Of a stretch of DNA of 64,000 nucleotides, positions 50,860 to 59,084 are shown one piece after another. Origin of the DNA: a virus (taxonomy: Duplodnaviria > Caudoviricetes); the IMG/VR virus record IMGVR_UViG_3300023714_000001; one strand, 5' to 3'. The first letter of the stretch is position 1; the number at the start of each line of letters is the position of its first letter. The notes below the pieces were generated by a model. That model saw only the letters and a program-made list of their open reading frames with translations, was not told the origin of the DNA and made no database searches. A program made the position numbers and the translations under genes.

Positions 50860-51682
50860 ATTCGTTTACCTCCTCTTCTTCATTGGTTTTGTCGATAAAG
50901 TAGCTGATGTAGTTTTCCTGGTATCTGTCGTAGATGTCCTGGCATTTTTCCAGTTGTTCGGTCGTGCCAGTATAAATGACATTTTGAACAATCATTTTGA
51001 TGTTACTGCCATCTACTTTTGCCTCTCCATTTACTTCGGTGATTTTTTCACCTTCATTGTCCAGGATTACTACTTTTATTACATCGTTTTTCTTCTTACC
51101 AAATTCTGCGATGTATGGGCCGCTAGGTGAGTGCATCTGCATGATAAGGCCATCGTCTCCCTCATGGAACTTTACACTGGAGCTTATTGCAATCAGCTTG
51201 TTGCCAATAAAGGCGAACGACGGATATTTATACTCCTTCTTCATGCAGATAAAGTTGCAGCTAGTTTCAATCAGGGTATTCAGAAGGTACTCTGCGATAG
51301 TATCTGCATATCTGGCAAATGCGCTATCTCCTAACAAGGACGTGTCGTTCTCACGAGAGTAAATAAACGCGCCGAATATAATGTCCATCGGAATATTACA
51401 GCATGCTTTGACTGCCGGTTCATTCTTAGGGAGCACCAGCTGACCTTCGAGTTTTGCCGCCTCGTCAGTAGCACCTTTCTTAAACCGATATTTTATCGGA
51501 ATAAACACAGTTTTGCCTGATGGGGCATAATAATAGGCTACTGTTCCATTTTTCCCATATATAGGAAATTCTACATCAGGAAGGCGCCCGGGGTCAATAG
51601 TAAATGTGATTCCATCCTGTTCTTTTATGTACAAAATCTCTAACCTCCTTTCTTTTGGGACTTTCTGAGTGCTATTAGGCAC
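50837..51682 (-). CDS. Hypothetical protein
   Basis: ORF overlapping both neighbours. Confidence 0.55.
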   Translation of the reverse strand: MPNSTQKVPKERRLEILYIKEQDGITFTIDPGRLPDVEFPIYGKNGTVAYYYAPSGKTVFIPIKYRFKKGATDEAAKLEGQLVLPKNEPAVKACCNIPMDIIFGAFIYSRENDTSLLGDSAFARYADTIAEYLLNTLIETSCNFICMKKEYKYPSFAFIGNKLIAISSSVKFHEGDDGLIMQMHSPSGPYIAEFGKKKNDVIKVVILDNEGEKITEVNGEAKVDGSNIKMIVQNVIYTGTTEQLEKCQDIYDRYQENYISYFIDKTNEEEEVNEFEIFRKS

Positions 51683-52223
51683 AATAGGCCTTTCTCAAAT
51701 CATCCTGAAATATATTTACTTCTTGCCATCTACTGTCAGTCCTATGCCAAAACTTTTGATTAGAACTGCCAATAACATGAGTTACGCCGGGAACATCCAC
51801 TTCGTCGAAGATGCGTTTCTTAGCGTTATAAGTGCCGTCAATGATTACATTGACCAATGGCAACACATCCGGATAGCTCGTCTTAATGACATCCATGACA
51901 TAGTGTGTGATCAGTACAGTGTGGTAACCATTGTCTTTTAACAGCGTCAAAAATAAGACCAGTTCTTCATACTGATCTAAAGGTTCGCCGCCAACGACAG
52001 TTACATATTTATTGCCCGCATTTTTAACATCTTCCAAAAGTTCTGCGGGAGATACTTTGGGAAAGTACTTTGGGTCCCACAAATCAACATTAAAGCACCC
52101 CGGACAGGGGTGGCCCGAAAGGGCCATTCTGCAACCTGCCAGGAATACTTCAGTTCGCTTATCCTCATTTGGAGATAAGCCAGCGGTAGTTGACTGCGGG
52201 CGTACTGATGCTACTCTTAGCAT
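51675..52223 (-). CDS. Radical SAM protein (NrdG-like activating enzyme)
   Basis: FLAGC...CPGCFN, GGEPLDQ, IIDG and GSSNQ motifs; ATG at 52223. Confidence 0.8.
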   Translation of the reverse strand: MLRVASVRPQSTTAGLSPNEDKRTEVFLAGCRMALSGHPCPGCFNVDLWDPKYFPKVSPAELLEDVKNAGNKYVTVVGGEPLDQYEELVLFLTLLKDNGYHTVLITHYVMDVIKTSYPDVLPLVNVIIDGTYNAKKRIFDEVDVPGVTHVIGSSNQKFWHRTDSRWQEVNIFQDDLRKAYCA

Positions 52224-52224
52224 T

Positions 52225-52965
52225 TTACGCTGCAGCTCCCTCCTGTTTTTTCTTCTGCGCCATGAGTGCTGCCTTGCACTTTGCCACAGCTTCAACGATA
52301 TTGTCCGGTGTAAGCATTGCGTTGCGGTCATTATAAGCGAGCTTGGCAACCTCATTGTAATCCTGCTTCTGGTACTTTTGCAGGAATGCGTTGATGAACT
52401 TCACTTCTTCTGCATGCCGTGCCCATGCATCATTTGTCCATTCATTAAACATCATTTCCCTGAACCACTGCCCGTTGTGTGCTGCAGCCTCAATAGCCTT
52501 CTGTTCACGGCTCTGAGTCTTACCAGCGGAAAGTTCCAGTGCGAAACCAAAACTGTAGGCAGCTTTTTTCAGTGCATCCGTGGAAGCGGATTTTGTTACC
52601 ATATCTTCCTTGGTCGGGTCGTATACGGCAGATCCAAAACCCTCTCGCTCAATTTCCACAACCTGGCCGATTTCCTCATCCAGGAGTTTAACTGTAATCG
52701 TACACTTAACTTCTACGACCGGTTTCGGAAAGTAATCCTCATATTCCTCCGATTTGTATTTTTTCTTCTTACACGGCGGGAACGTTCTTACAACCGGGTC
52801 GCTGTAATGGACGCTAAAAAACGGGCCGAAAGCCTTTTTCAGAAGAACGAGCATAGAAGTACCGCTGATATAATCCACCGTGGTTTGCCCCTTCTTAAGT
52901 GGCTCGATAACGCGGCGATCAAGCGGTTTACTTACAATTTCCTCCAGTTGGTCAACTCTTGACAT
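52225..52965 (-). CDS. Rad52/Rad22-like single-strand annealing protein (Sak)
   Basis: DYISG...LKKAFG and KSASTDALKKAAYSFG. Confidence 0.8.
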   Translation of the reverse strand: MSRVDQLEEIVSKPLDRRVIEPLKKGQTTVDYISGTSMLVLLKKAFGPFFSVHYSDPVVRTFPPCKKKKYKSEEYEDYFPKPVVEVKCTITVKLLDEEIGQVVEIEREGFGSAVYDPTKEDMVTKSASTDALKKAAYSFGFALELSAGKTQSREQKAIEAAAHNGQWFREMMFNEWTNDAWARHAEEVKFINAFLQKYQKQDYNEVAKLAYNDRNAMLTPDNIVEAVAKCKAALMAQKKKQEGAAA

Positions 52966-53035
52966 GTTTATTTCCTCCAGAAATATATATTATGCCCCGC
53001 CCCGTATCAGAGACAGGGCATGTACACAAAGAGAT

Positions 53036-54121
53036 TTAAGCTGCGTGCTTGCGGAACATGGAGAGTGCAATGCTGGTTGCCTTCTGGAATTCAGATGCGC
53101 GTTTTACAAAGTAAGCCGCGCCACGCAAAGCATTTGCGTGCTGATAAAGGTCAACCTTATGCCCCTTTACATATTCGTAGTTTGCTACGGCCACAGACGC
53201 TGCCAGCTTCTTATCCTTCTCGGTTCCCTCACTCGAAAGCATGGCGTTTTCCTGTACACGCTTGATAAGGCCGGTGTCTTTGTTGGTCAAGTTTTCATAC
53301 GCTACATGGTAGCCATAAGCGATAGTTTCAATCTTCTGCAGAAGCAGCATATTTTTCGCAATCATGGTGTCTACCACGGCATCGCTCATACCAACTTCAA
53401 GCGTGATTTCAGACATCAGCTTTTCGATTTCCGCTTTGTCCTCCAGGAAGGTTTTGCTCGGAGAAAGAAGCAGGCTGTTGATAAAGGTGTCATCTACCGC
53501 ATTGCTATGTTCGGTGATAATTTCTCCTTCTACAGGAGACTTGGCGGCAGACTTGCGGCTACGACGCGTTTTCTTGGGCTTCGCCACTTCAACTTCAACC
53601 TGAGGTTCTTCCTCGGCGACTGCCTTTTCGGCGCTTTCCTCAGGCTTTGCCGAATTATTATCCGTGTCAACGCTGACCGTTACGTCTGCCTCGATTTTTG
53701 CTTTGGGAGCAACATCTTCTGCAGCTGCCCTTACTGCGACATGAGCCTCCTGTTCGAACTGTTCTTCAGCCGTAACTGCCTCGGCTTCGGCAGCCATCTC
53801 TGCTTCAGCCTCGGTTACGGGCTCAGCTTCTTTAACTGCAGGGGCCTTTTCTGCAGTTTCTGCCTTCGGTGCTTCCTTGGCCTTAATTTCTTCTTCAGCC
53901 ATAGCCTCGACTTCGGAGATTATATCTTCCGGCTTTTCTTCTGCCGGCGCCTCGGCCTTCGCTTCTTTTGCCGGTTTAGCTTCTTCTGTTACCGGAGCTG
54001 CCTCCTTTTTCGGTGCCGGATCGCTGAAGATATCTGCAAAGTCCAAGCCTCCGTCTGCACCCCCTTCAGGGATATCAGAAAAGATGGATTCAAAATCGAA
54101 ATCAACATTAGTGTTTGCCAT
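53036..54121 (-). CDS. Hypothetical protein with an acidic Ala/Glu-rich N-terminus
   Basis: 361-aa ORF with RBS. Confidence 0.6.
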   Translation of the reverse strand: MANTNVDFDFESIFSDIPEGGADGGLDFADIFSDPAPKKEAAPVTEEAKPAKEAKAEAPAEEKPEDIISEVEAMAEEEIKAKEAPKAETAEKAPAVKEAEPVTEAEAEMAAEAEAVTAEEQFEQEAHVAVRAAAEDVAPKAKIEADVTVSVDTDNNSAKPEESAEKAVAEEEPQVEVEVAKPKKTRRSRKSAAKSPVEGEIITEHSNAVDDTFINSLLLSPSKTFLEDKAEIEKLMSEITLEVGMSDAVVDTMIAKNMLLLQKIETIAYGYHVAYENLTNKDTGLIKRVQENAMLSSEGTEKDKKLAASVAVANYEYVKGHKVDLYQHANALRGAAYFVKRASEFQKATSIALSMFRKHAA

Positions 54122-54152
54122 AGTTCATACTTCCTTTCTGTTTTGAAATACA

Positions 54153-54875
54153 TTATTTGACAAAAAGATTGCTATTAGGATAGCATCTTTTATATTCAGC
54201 CATTGCATGGGCAATGTCTTCTTTAAATTCATTTAGCATGGCCATTGCCCGTTCCGGTGAAACCGACCTATATTCTCCCAGTTCATTTGGGCTGTAAGTA
54301 GGCATAGTTGGAATGCAATGTACGCTTTGCCATGTTCCTCTTATTTTACTTATGGGCTTGCCTCTAAAATAGACATTAGAGGCGACATTCCCCATAAGTA
54401 GCAGCATGGGTGGATGGAACAAATCCACGGCATACCGCATATAGGTCTTACACAGTTCAATTTCTTTCTTTAGTGGAGCTCTGGGGACTTCCTCTCCGCC
54501 GACAGTTTTTGTCGGACAATAAGGAACCGTATTCATCCACAAAATCTTATTGAAATTGACACCATGCGACTCGAAGCATGTTTTTAGAAAACTTCTTACA
54601 TTTTCATTTCCCTCGAACATGTCAATAGGCCTATTTAGTTTTGCCTGAGTATCCGCAGGGTAATCCATTACAACCACGAGAGCTGCGTCACTATCCCCGG
54701 TTACACGGGTTTTGGTGTTACACTTCAGGTTTGGCAGCGAACCGGCCTCAATAAACCGGTTTAATTGCAACTTACCTAAATCTCTTATTGCTTCACGGAC
54801 ATATCCCATCGGATTTAACAGTGCCTCAGGCGAACTTAAAACAATGTCTTGGATTTGTCTTTGTTTATCATCCAA
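54153..54875 (-). CDS. Uracil-DNA glycosylase family 4-like protein (divergent motifs)
   Basis: NTVPYCP...RAP...EIELC, LMGNVA, IRGTW, PTYSP. Confidence 0.7.
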   Translation of the reverse strand: MDDKQRQIQDIVLSSPEALLNPMGYVREAIRDLGKLQLNRFIEAGSLPNLKCNTKTRVTGDSDAALVVVMDYPADTQAKLNRPIDMFEGNENVRSFLKTCFESHGVNFNKILWMNTVPYCPTKTVGGEEVPRAPLKKEIELCKTYMRYAVDLFHPPMLLLMGNVASNVYFRGKPISKIRGTWQSVHCIPTMPTYSPNELGEYRSVSPERAMAMLNEFKEDIAHAMAEYKRCYPNSNLFVK

Positions 54876-54886
54876 TGTATAATCCC

Positions 54887-55606
54887 CTAGCCTGCTAGTT
54901 TTTCCAAAACCTCATTAAGCATACGGATTCTATCTGAAGGCTCTGCGAGCTTTAGCTTCGCCTCCAGCTCTTCAACCTTGGCTTTTAGCGCGACATTTTC
55001 TGCCTCTAAAGCCTGGTTTTTCTTATTTAAGAATCGCATGCGATCATCGATTTCGGCCACCTTAATTTCATCCTGTGCAAGAGCCTGGACCCAGGACATG
55101 ACCATATCCTGCTCCAGTACGACGAATACACTGCCTGCGGGGTTACCCTTACTAAAGCGTTCCGCCCGCGTAACAACTGCACCTTCGTCTTCGTTAAAGG
55201 CGAATTTTAGATGCCAAAAATCCTGATTCTTTTTCAACGCTTCCGTATGGAGTTTATTAAGCCATTCACGTTTAATACTGAAAGACTTGCACCCACGAGC
55301 CCTTTCGGGTTCCTGAGTTTTTAGTTCTTCCATTAAACGGTACGCTCCTATGACGATATTTTCGTCGCCTTTCTCCTTTGCGGTTGCGCCGCTGTTAATG
55401 GTCATTCTTGATGAGAGAATTTCCACGTTGCGATCATGGTTGGCCTTTTCAAAGCCAGAGCCCATGCGCTTATCTGCTTTTGCTGCCGGCCGGCGTAAAG
55501 GAGTCCGTTTCTTGGGCTCCTTATAGCTCATACCGTTAGAGCAGAAGATACATTTGCTGCGATCACTTAAACAATCATCGTAGCCAAATCTGCATTCTTC
55601 ACTCAC
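54887..55606 (-). CDS. PD-(D/E)xK nuclease, Holliday junction resolvase-like
   Basis: GSGFE...SGA...KGD...EELKT. Confidence 0.65.
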   Translation of the reverse strand: MSEECRFGYDDCLSDRSKCIFCSNGMSYKEPKKRTPLRRPAAKADKRMGSGFEKANHDRNVEILSSRMTINSGATAKEKGDENIVIGAYRLMEELKTQEPERARGCKSFSIKREWLNKLHTEALKKNQDFWHLKFAFNEDEGAVVTRAERFSKGNPAGSVFVVLEQDMVMSWVQALAQDEIKVAEIDDRMRFLNKKNQALEAENVALKAKVEELEAKLKLAEPSDRIRMLNEVLEKLAG

Positions 55607-56835
55607 GCAGCATCATCTACCTTCTCAACGCCGGCAGAGGTCATTTCCTTGGCCAGTTCCTTCTCGGCCTTTTCGATTTCGGTAATTTCCTCTTCCGACA
55701 TATTCTCTACATCGCCAGTGATGCCATCCAGCATACTCACCAATGTATCGAACTTGGTCGGGTTGGCAATCATATCTTCCTTGAAGCGCTGCTTTCCCTG
55801 CCACTTAAATTCCGGATCCACGGAGCCATCATCGAAATGCAACGACAGCCATGCACCGCGGGCATCAATAATGCCACGGTTAATGAGCTGCTGCAACGTA
55901 GAGAAGTATTTCTCAATGCCAAAACCGTACTCGATGTAGTAAACCAGATTTACATACGGGTTGCGGTCAATGACGCAATGATTTTTGGTAACACGAATTT
56001 TGATCTTCTTACCCGTTTCTTTGGTAATCGGATCGCTATCATCCGGAGAGAGCGAGCTGAACTCCAGAGTCATCATATTGTTGTAGCGGATAGCCTTACC
56101 GCCGACAATTAAGTTCGGGTTACCATATGGCCCCGCCGAAAGTGACGTGGAGTAGTGCTGAACAATCAGCATAGTTGTACTTCTCTGGGCGCACAACGGA
56201 ATCAACTTCTTAACAAGTTTGGAGTTGAATCTTGCCTGAACAGCCATGGTGTCTTCTTCAAAGTTCTTGGTGGCTTCTTGCATAGGCACCAGCATCTTCA
56301 AAGAGTTGATAACGCACATATCAATATCATTCTCGCGAATGGTTTTGATAATGGCATTACCGATAGCTTCTGCGCCGAAAACTTGCTTTTTAGTCTTCGG
56401 GTCAGTGGTACTTAGGCAGAAGAATCGATCCATGTCGATGCCGTACAGAGATTCTACCTGGTCAAGATCCATGGAATCTTCAGATTCTACCCATAACGCA
56501 ATAAATTCCGGGTTAATCTTCATCTGGTAACCAATCGCTGCTAATGCAAAGCCGGTTTTTCCTGTGTCGGAATCACCCGCGATAAGCACCATTCGCCCGA
56601 TAGGCAGACCGCCAGTTGCTTCATTGAATGCGGCAATCGGCGTAGCAAAGTACTTAATGGTCATGCGTTCACGCACAGCCTGACTCTTTGTTGGCCGCCC
56701 AGCCACAATGCCGCTCTGCTTGCTCATTTCTTCAAACAGGGTATCCAGATTCTGGAGCCGCTCTGCAAGACTCTGCCGGCTCTTTTCCGGAACTTCCGAT
56801 ACAGCATCATTAGCTTTCTTCTTACTTTTTGCCAT
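55603..56835 (-). CDS. recA: RecA/UvsX-like recombinase
   Basis: GGLPIGR...AGDSDTGKT, VQARFNS, GGKAIRY and TKN motifs. Confidence 0.85.
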   Translation of the reverse strand: MAKSKKKANDAVSEVPEKSRQSLAERLQNLDTLFEEMSKQSGIVAGRPTKSQAVRERMTIKYFATPIAAFNEATGGLPIGRMVLIAGDSDTGKTGFALAAIGYQMKINPEFIALWVESEDSMDLDQVESLYGIDMDRFFCLSTTDPKTKKQVFGAEAIGNAIIKTIRENDIDMCVINSLKMLVPMQEATKNFEEDTMAVQARFNSKLVKKLIPLCAQRSTTMLIVQHYSTSLSAGPYGNPNLIVGGKAIRYNNMMTLEFSSLSPDDSDPITKETGKKIKIRVTKNHCVIDRNPYVNLVYYIEYGFGIEKYFSTLQQLINRGIIDARGAWLSLHFDDGSVDPEFKWQGKQRFKEDMIANPTKFDTLVSMLDGITGDVENMSEEEITEIEKAEKELAKEMTSAGVEKVDDAA

Positions 56836-56917
56836 AGTAAACCTCTCTCTTATTAAATTTTTGAAATATATTGCGTCCGCCCCGTTTATGATAGTGGCGG
56901 GGCGACGCAAAACTCGA

Positions 56918-58726
56918 CTAACATCCAGCGTACTTACGCGACCATTTGGTGAACCTCTCTGCTTCTTTAACGTAGTCTACGTCTTTTTCCAGTTCAGAAA
57001 TGTCTTTCATGTTACAAATCAGGCAGGTATCTTCTGCCTCTGCCCTAACGTCCCACGTTTTGAGCCATCTCACATAATCCGGAAGGTCGGGAGTAAATGC
57101 CCAGGACAAGTCAATAACTACTCTATTGTTGGCCTCATCAGTACAACCATGATCTCGTATTAGATGACGCATGAAAAGCGGCGCATGAATATAGCTGAAC
57201 ACCCGTTTGAGAGAAATTTGTTTATTTCGGCCAAACTGCATTTTCTTCAAAAGGCTCGGTAGGGCGGTTCTTACCCGCCCCGGCCTGATTCGAATGCCGG
57301 TGTCACTATACTTCTGGCAATTCACCCAATCATTGTCACGAAAAGAGGCCATGATATAGTCAGTTTCTTTTGGATTTTGGAGTTCGATATCAACATGCCC
57401 ATCCTGGACTTGCCCACGCAGGTAAATCAAAGCAGCAATTAATGACCGCTTCTGATTGCGCGTCTGTCGGTTCTTCCCTGAGGAATCCTTCTTAAACCGC
57501 AGCCTCTGATACTCCCTGCCTCCTGTGACATCCTCTTTAGGGGACTTGCGGGCGGCTTCTTTGATTTCCTTCACTGCATCATGCAGCCATACACATTGCT
57601 TCTTTAGCTCTTTTATGTCTCCCCTGTTACAAAGAAGCTTATTTCCTTCTATGCGAGACCGGACATTGTACTGTCGAAGCCAATGCGGATAGTATTTTAA
57701 ATCATCCAGATTGCCCCAAGACATATCAATAGCTATCTCAGTATCGTTGTCAGAAGGGCATTCAAAATGCTCAATAATGGCCGTCATAAAGTTCGGTGCA
57801 TAAATGAAGCCAAAGGTATGCCGCAAAGACAGCTTCCCAGCCTCTCCGCACCTCAGCGCTTTTACGGCGTTTTTTAGGGCGTTCTTGACAACGCCCGTAG
57901 ACAAACGTATCCCGCCTTTTATTATGTTCGCATGTATGCCATCATTCTGTCTAAAGAACGACATAGCCCTTTCAATATCAGCTGGTAACATATGCCGGGT
58001 AAGATCAACATAGTTGTTCTTGATTACACCATGCATATAGATAAGGCTGCGTACGATAGAGCGCTTATACTCTCTGGTTATCTGCGGCCCCTGATGATTC
58101 GGGATATCCTTGTTGAAAACAAGTTTATTGTGCAGCAGTACCCCATCGCTTTCGTACAGCATCCCGCTGTGTATGCCCTTCACAAACAACTCTTTCATAT
58201 CATTGGCATCGCAAACCAGTTGATTATCCTGCACTTCTGCCTTCACGCTCCAAATTTTCAGCCATTTCGGGAATTCCTGCCAATCTGCAGGATTAGCCCA
58301 AGGGGCCAAACATATAACATATGTTTTTCTGTCCTCTGACTCTTTTCCGAAAATATCAGAAACATAGTGCATGAAATCCGGGGCATACAAATAGTTCAGC
58401 ACATTCTTGATAGTCGTTTTGTATGTGTTTTCAAAGCACATACTGTTTATCAGTTGTAGCTGGACGCCATTATTTTTCCCGGGATAAAGACGCATTCCAC
58501 CTTTTATCATCTGAGTTCTTACAAAGTTGCAGCTCCGATTAAAAGTCTTTATTGCGTCTATGGTGAATTTGCCGAGATTCCGCGTGATATTAACACAGCC
58601 GTTACTCAGAGTACCGTGAATATATATCATTCCGATAAAGAATGCCGTCTTAAATTCGTCAGTTTCCCTTTTTTCGGCATTTGTTTCACCGGGAACAATC
58701 AGCTTGTGGTATTCCAACTCTACCAC
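56918..58726 (-). CDS. Protein of three tandem repeats about 190 aa apart, possibly degenerate LAGLIDADG folds
   Basis: IYIHG/IYMHG/IYLRG, YAPDFM/YAPNFM/HAPLFM and WLKIW/WLRQY/WLKTW recur. Confidence 0.55.
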   Translation of the reverse strand: MVELEYHKLIVPGETNAEKRETDEFKTAFFIGMIYIHGTLSNGCVNITRNLGKFTIDAIKTFNRSCNFVRTQMIKGGMRLYPGKNNGVQLQLINSMCFENTYKTTIKNVLNYLYAPDFMHYVSDIFGKESEDRKTYVICLAPWANPADWQEFPKWLKIWSVKAEVQDNQLVCDANDMKELFVKGIHSGMLYESDGVLLHNKLVFNKDIPNHQGPQITREYKRSIVRSLIYMHGVIKNNYVDLTRHMLPADIERAMSFFRQNDGIHANIIKGGIRLSTGVVKNALKNAVKALRCGEAGKLSLRHTFGFIYAPNFMTAIIEHFECPSDNDTEIAIDMSWGNLDDLKYYPHWLRQYNVRSRIEGNKLLCNRGDIKELKKQCVWLHDAVKEIKEAARKSPKEDVTGGREYQRLRFKKDSSGKNRQTRNQKRSLIAALIYLRGQVQDGHVDIELQNPKETDYIMASFRDNDWVNCQKYSDTGIRIRPGRVRTALPSLLKKMQFGRNKQISLKRVFSYIHAPLFMRHLIRDHGCTDEANNRVVIDLSWAFTPDLPDYVRWLKTWDVRAEAEDTCLICNMKDISELEKDVDYVKEAERFTKWSRKYAGC

Positions 58727-58733
58727 CCCCCAT

Positions 58734-59084
58734 TTAGCCTGCAGTCTTAGGCGAGTTATCTCTAATTAAGTCTTCGAATTCTTCAATAATTGCCTCATAT
58801 CTAATTATTCGCTGTTTATCCTCTTCATTCTTGCCGTCTCTTTTTAAGACTTGCTGCTGTTGACGCAACACTCCAATTATCCCCTTAAACATGGGAACAA
58901 GGACGTAAGGATCGCAGTAGTGACCCCCTTGCTGTGTCTTGGCGACATTAAGGGTTTCATCCACAAGGATGCTTGCGACAATTTGATTTTTAGCCCGGCC
59001 TTCAAAAGGGACGATCGATTGGATCGTCCCAATGTAATTGATAAGGCCAGACCGGATTTGTTCGAGATCGTTACTATAGGCCAT
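58734..59084 (-). CDS. Hypothetical protein
   Basis: Coupled to the gyrA stop. Confidence 0.55.
   Translation of the reverse strand: MAYSNDLEQIRSGLINYIGTIQSIVPFEGRAKNQIVASILVDETLNVAKTQQGGHYCDPYVLVPMFKGIIGVLRQQQQVLKRDGKNEEDKQRIIRYEAIIEEFEDLIRDNSPKTAG

Noticed and set aside
52012-54160. Long + strand ORFs 52012..52962 and 52880..54160
   Set aside because: They are antisense shadows of - strand genes with RBSs and recognisable motifs.
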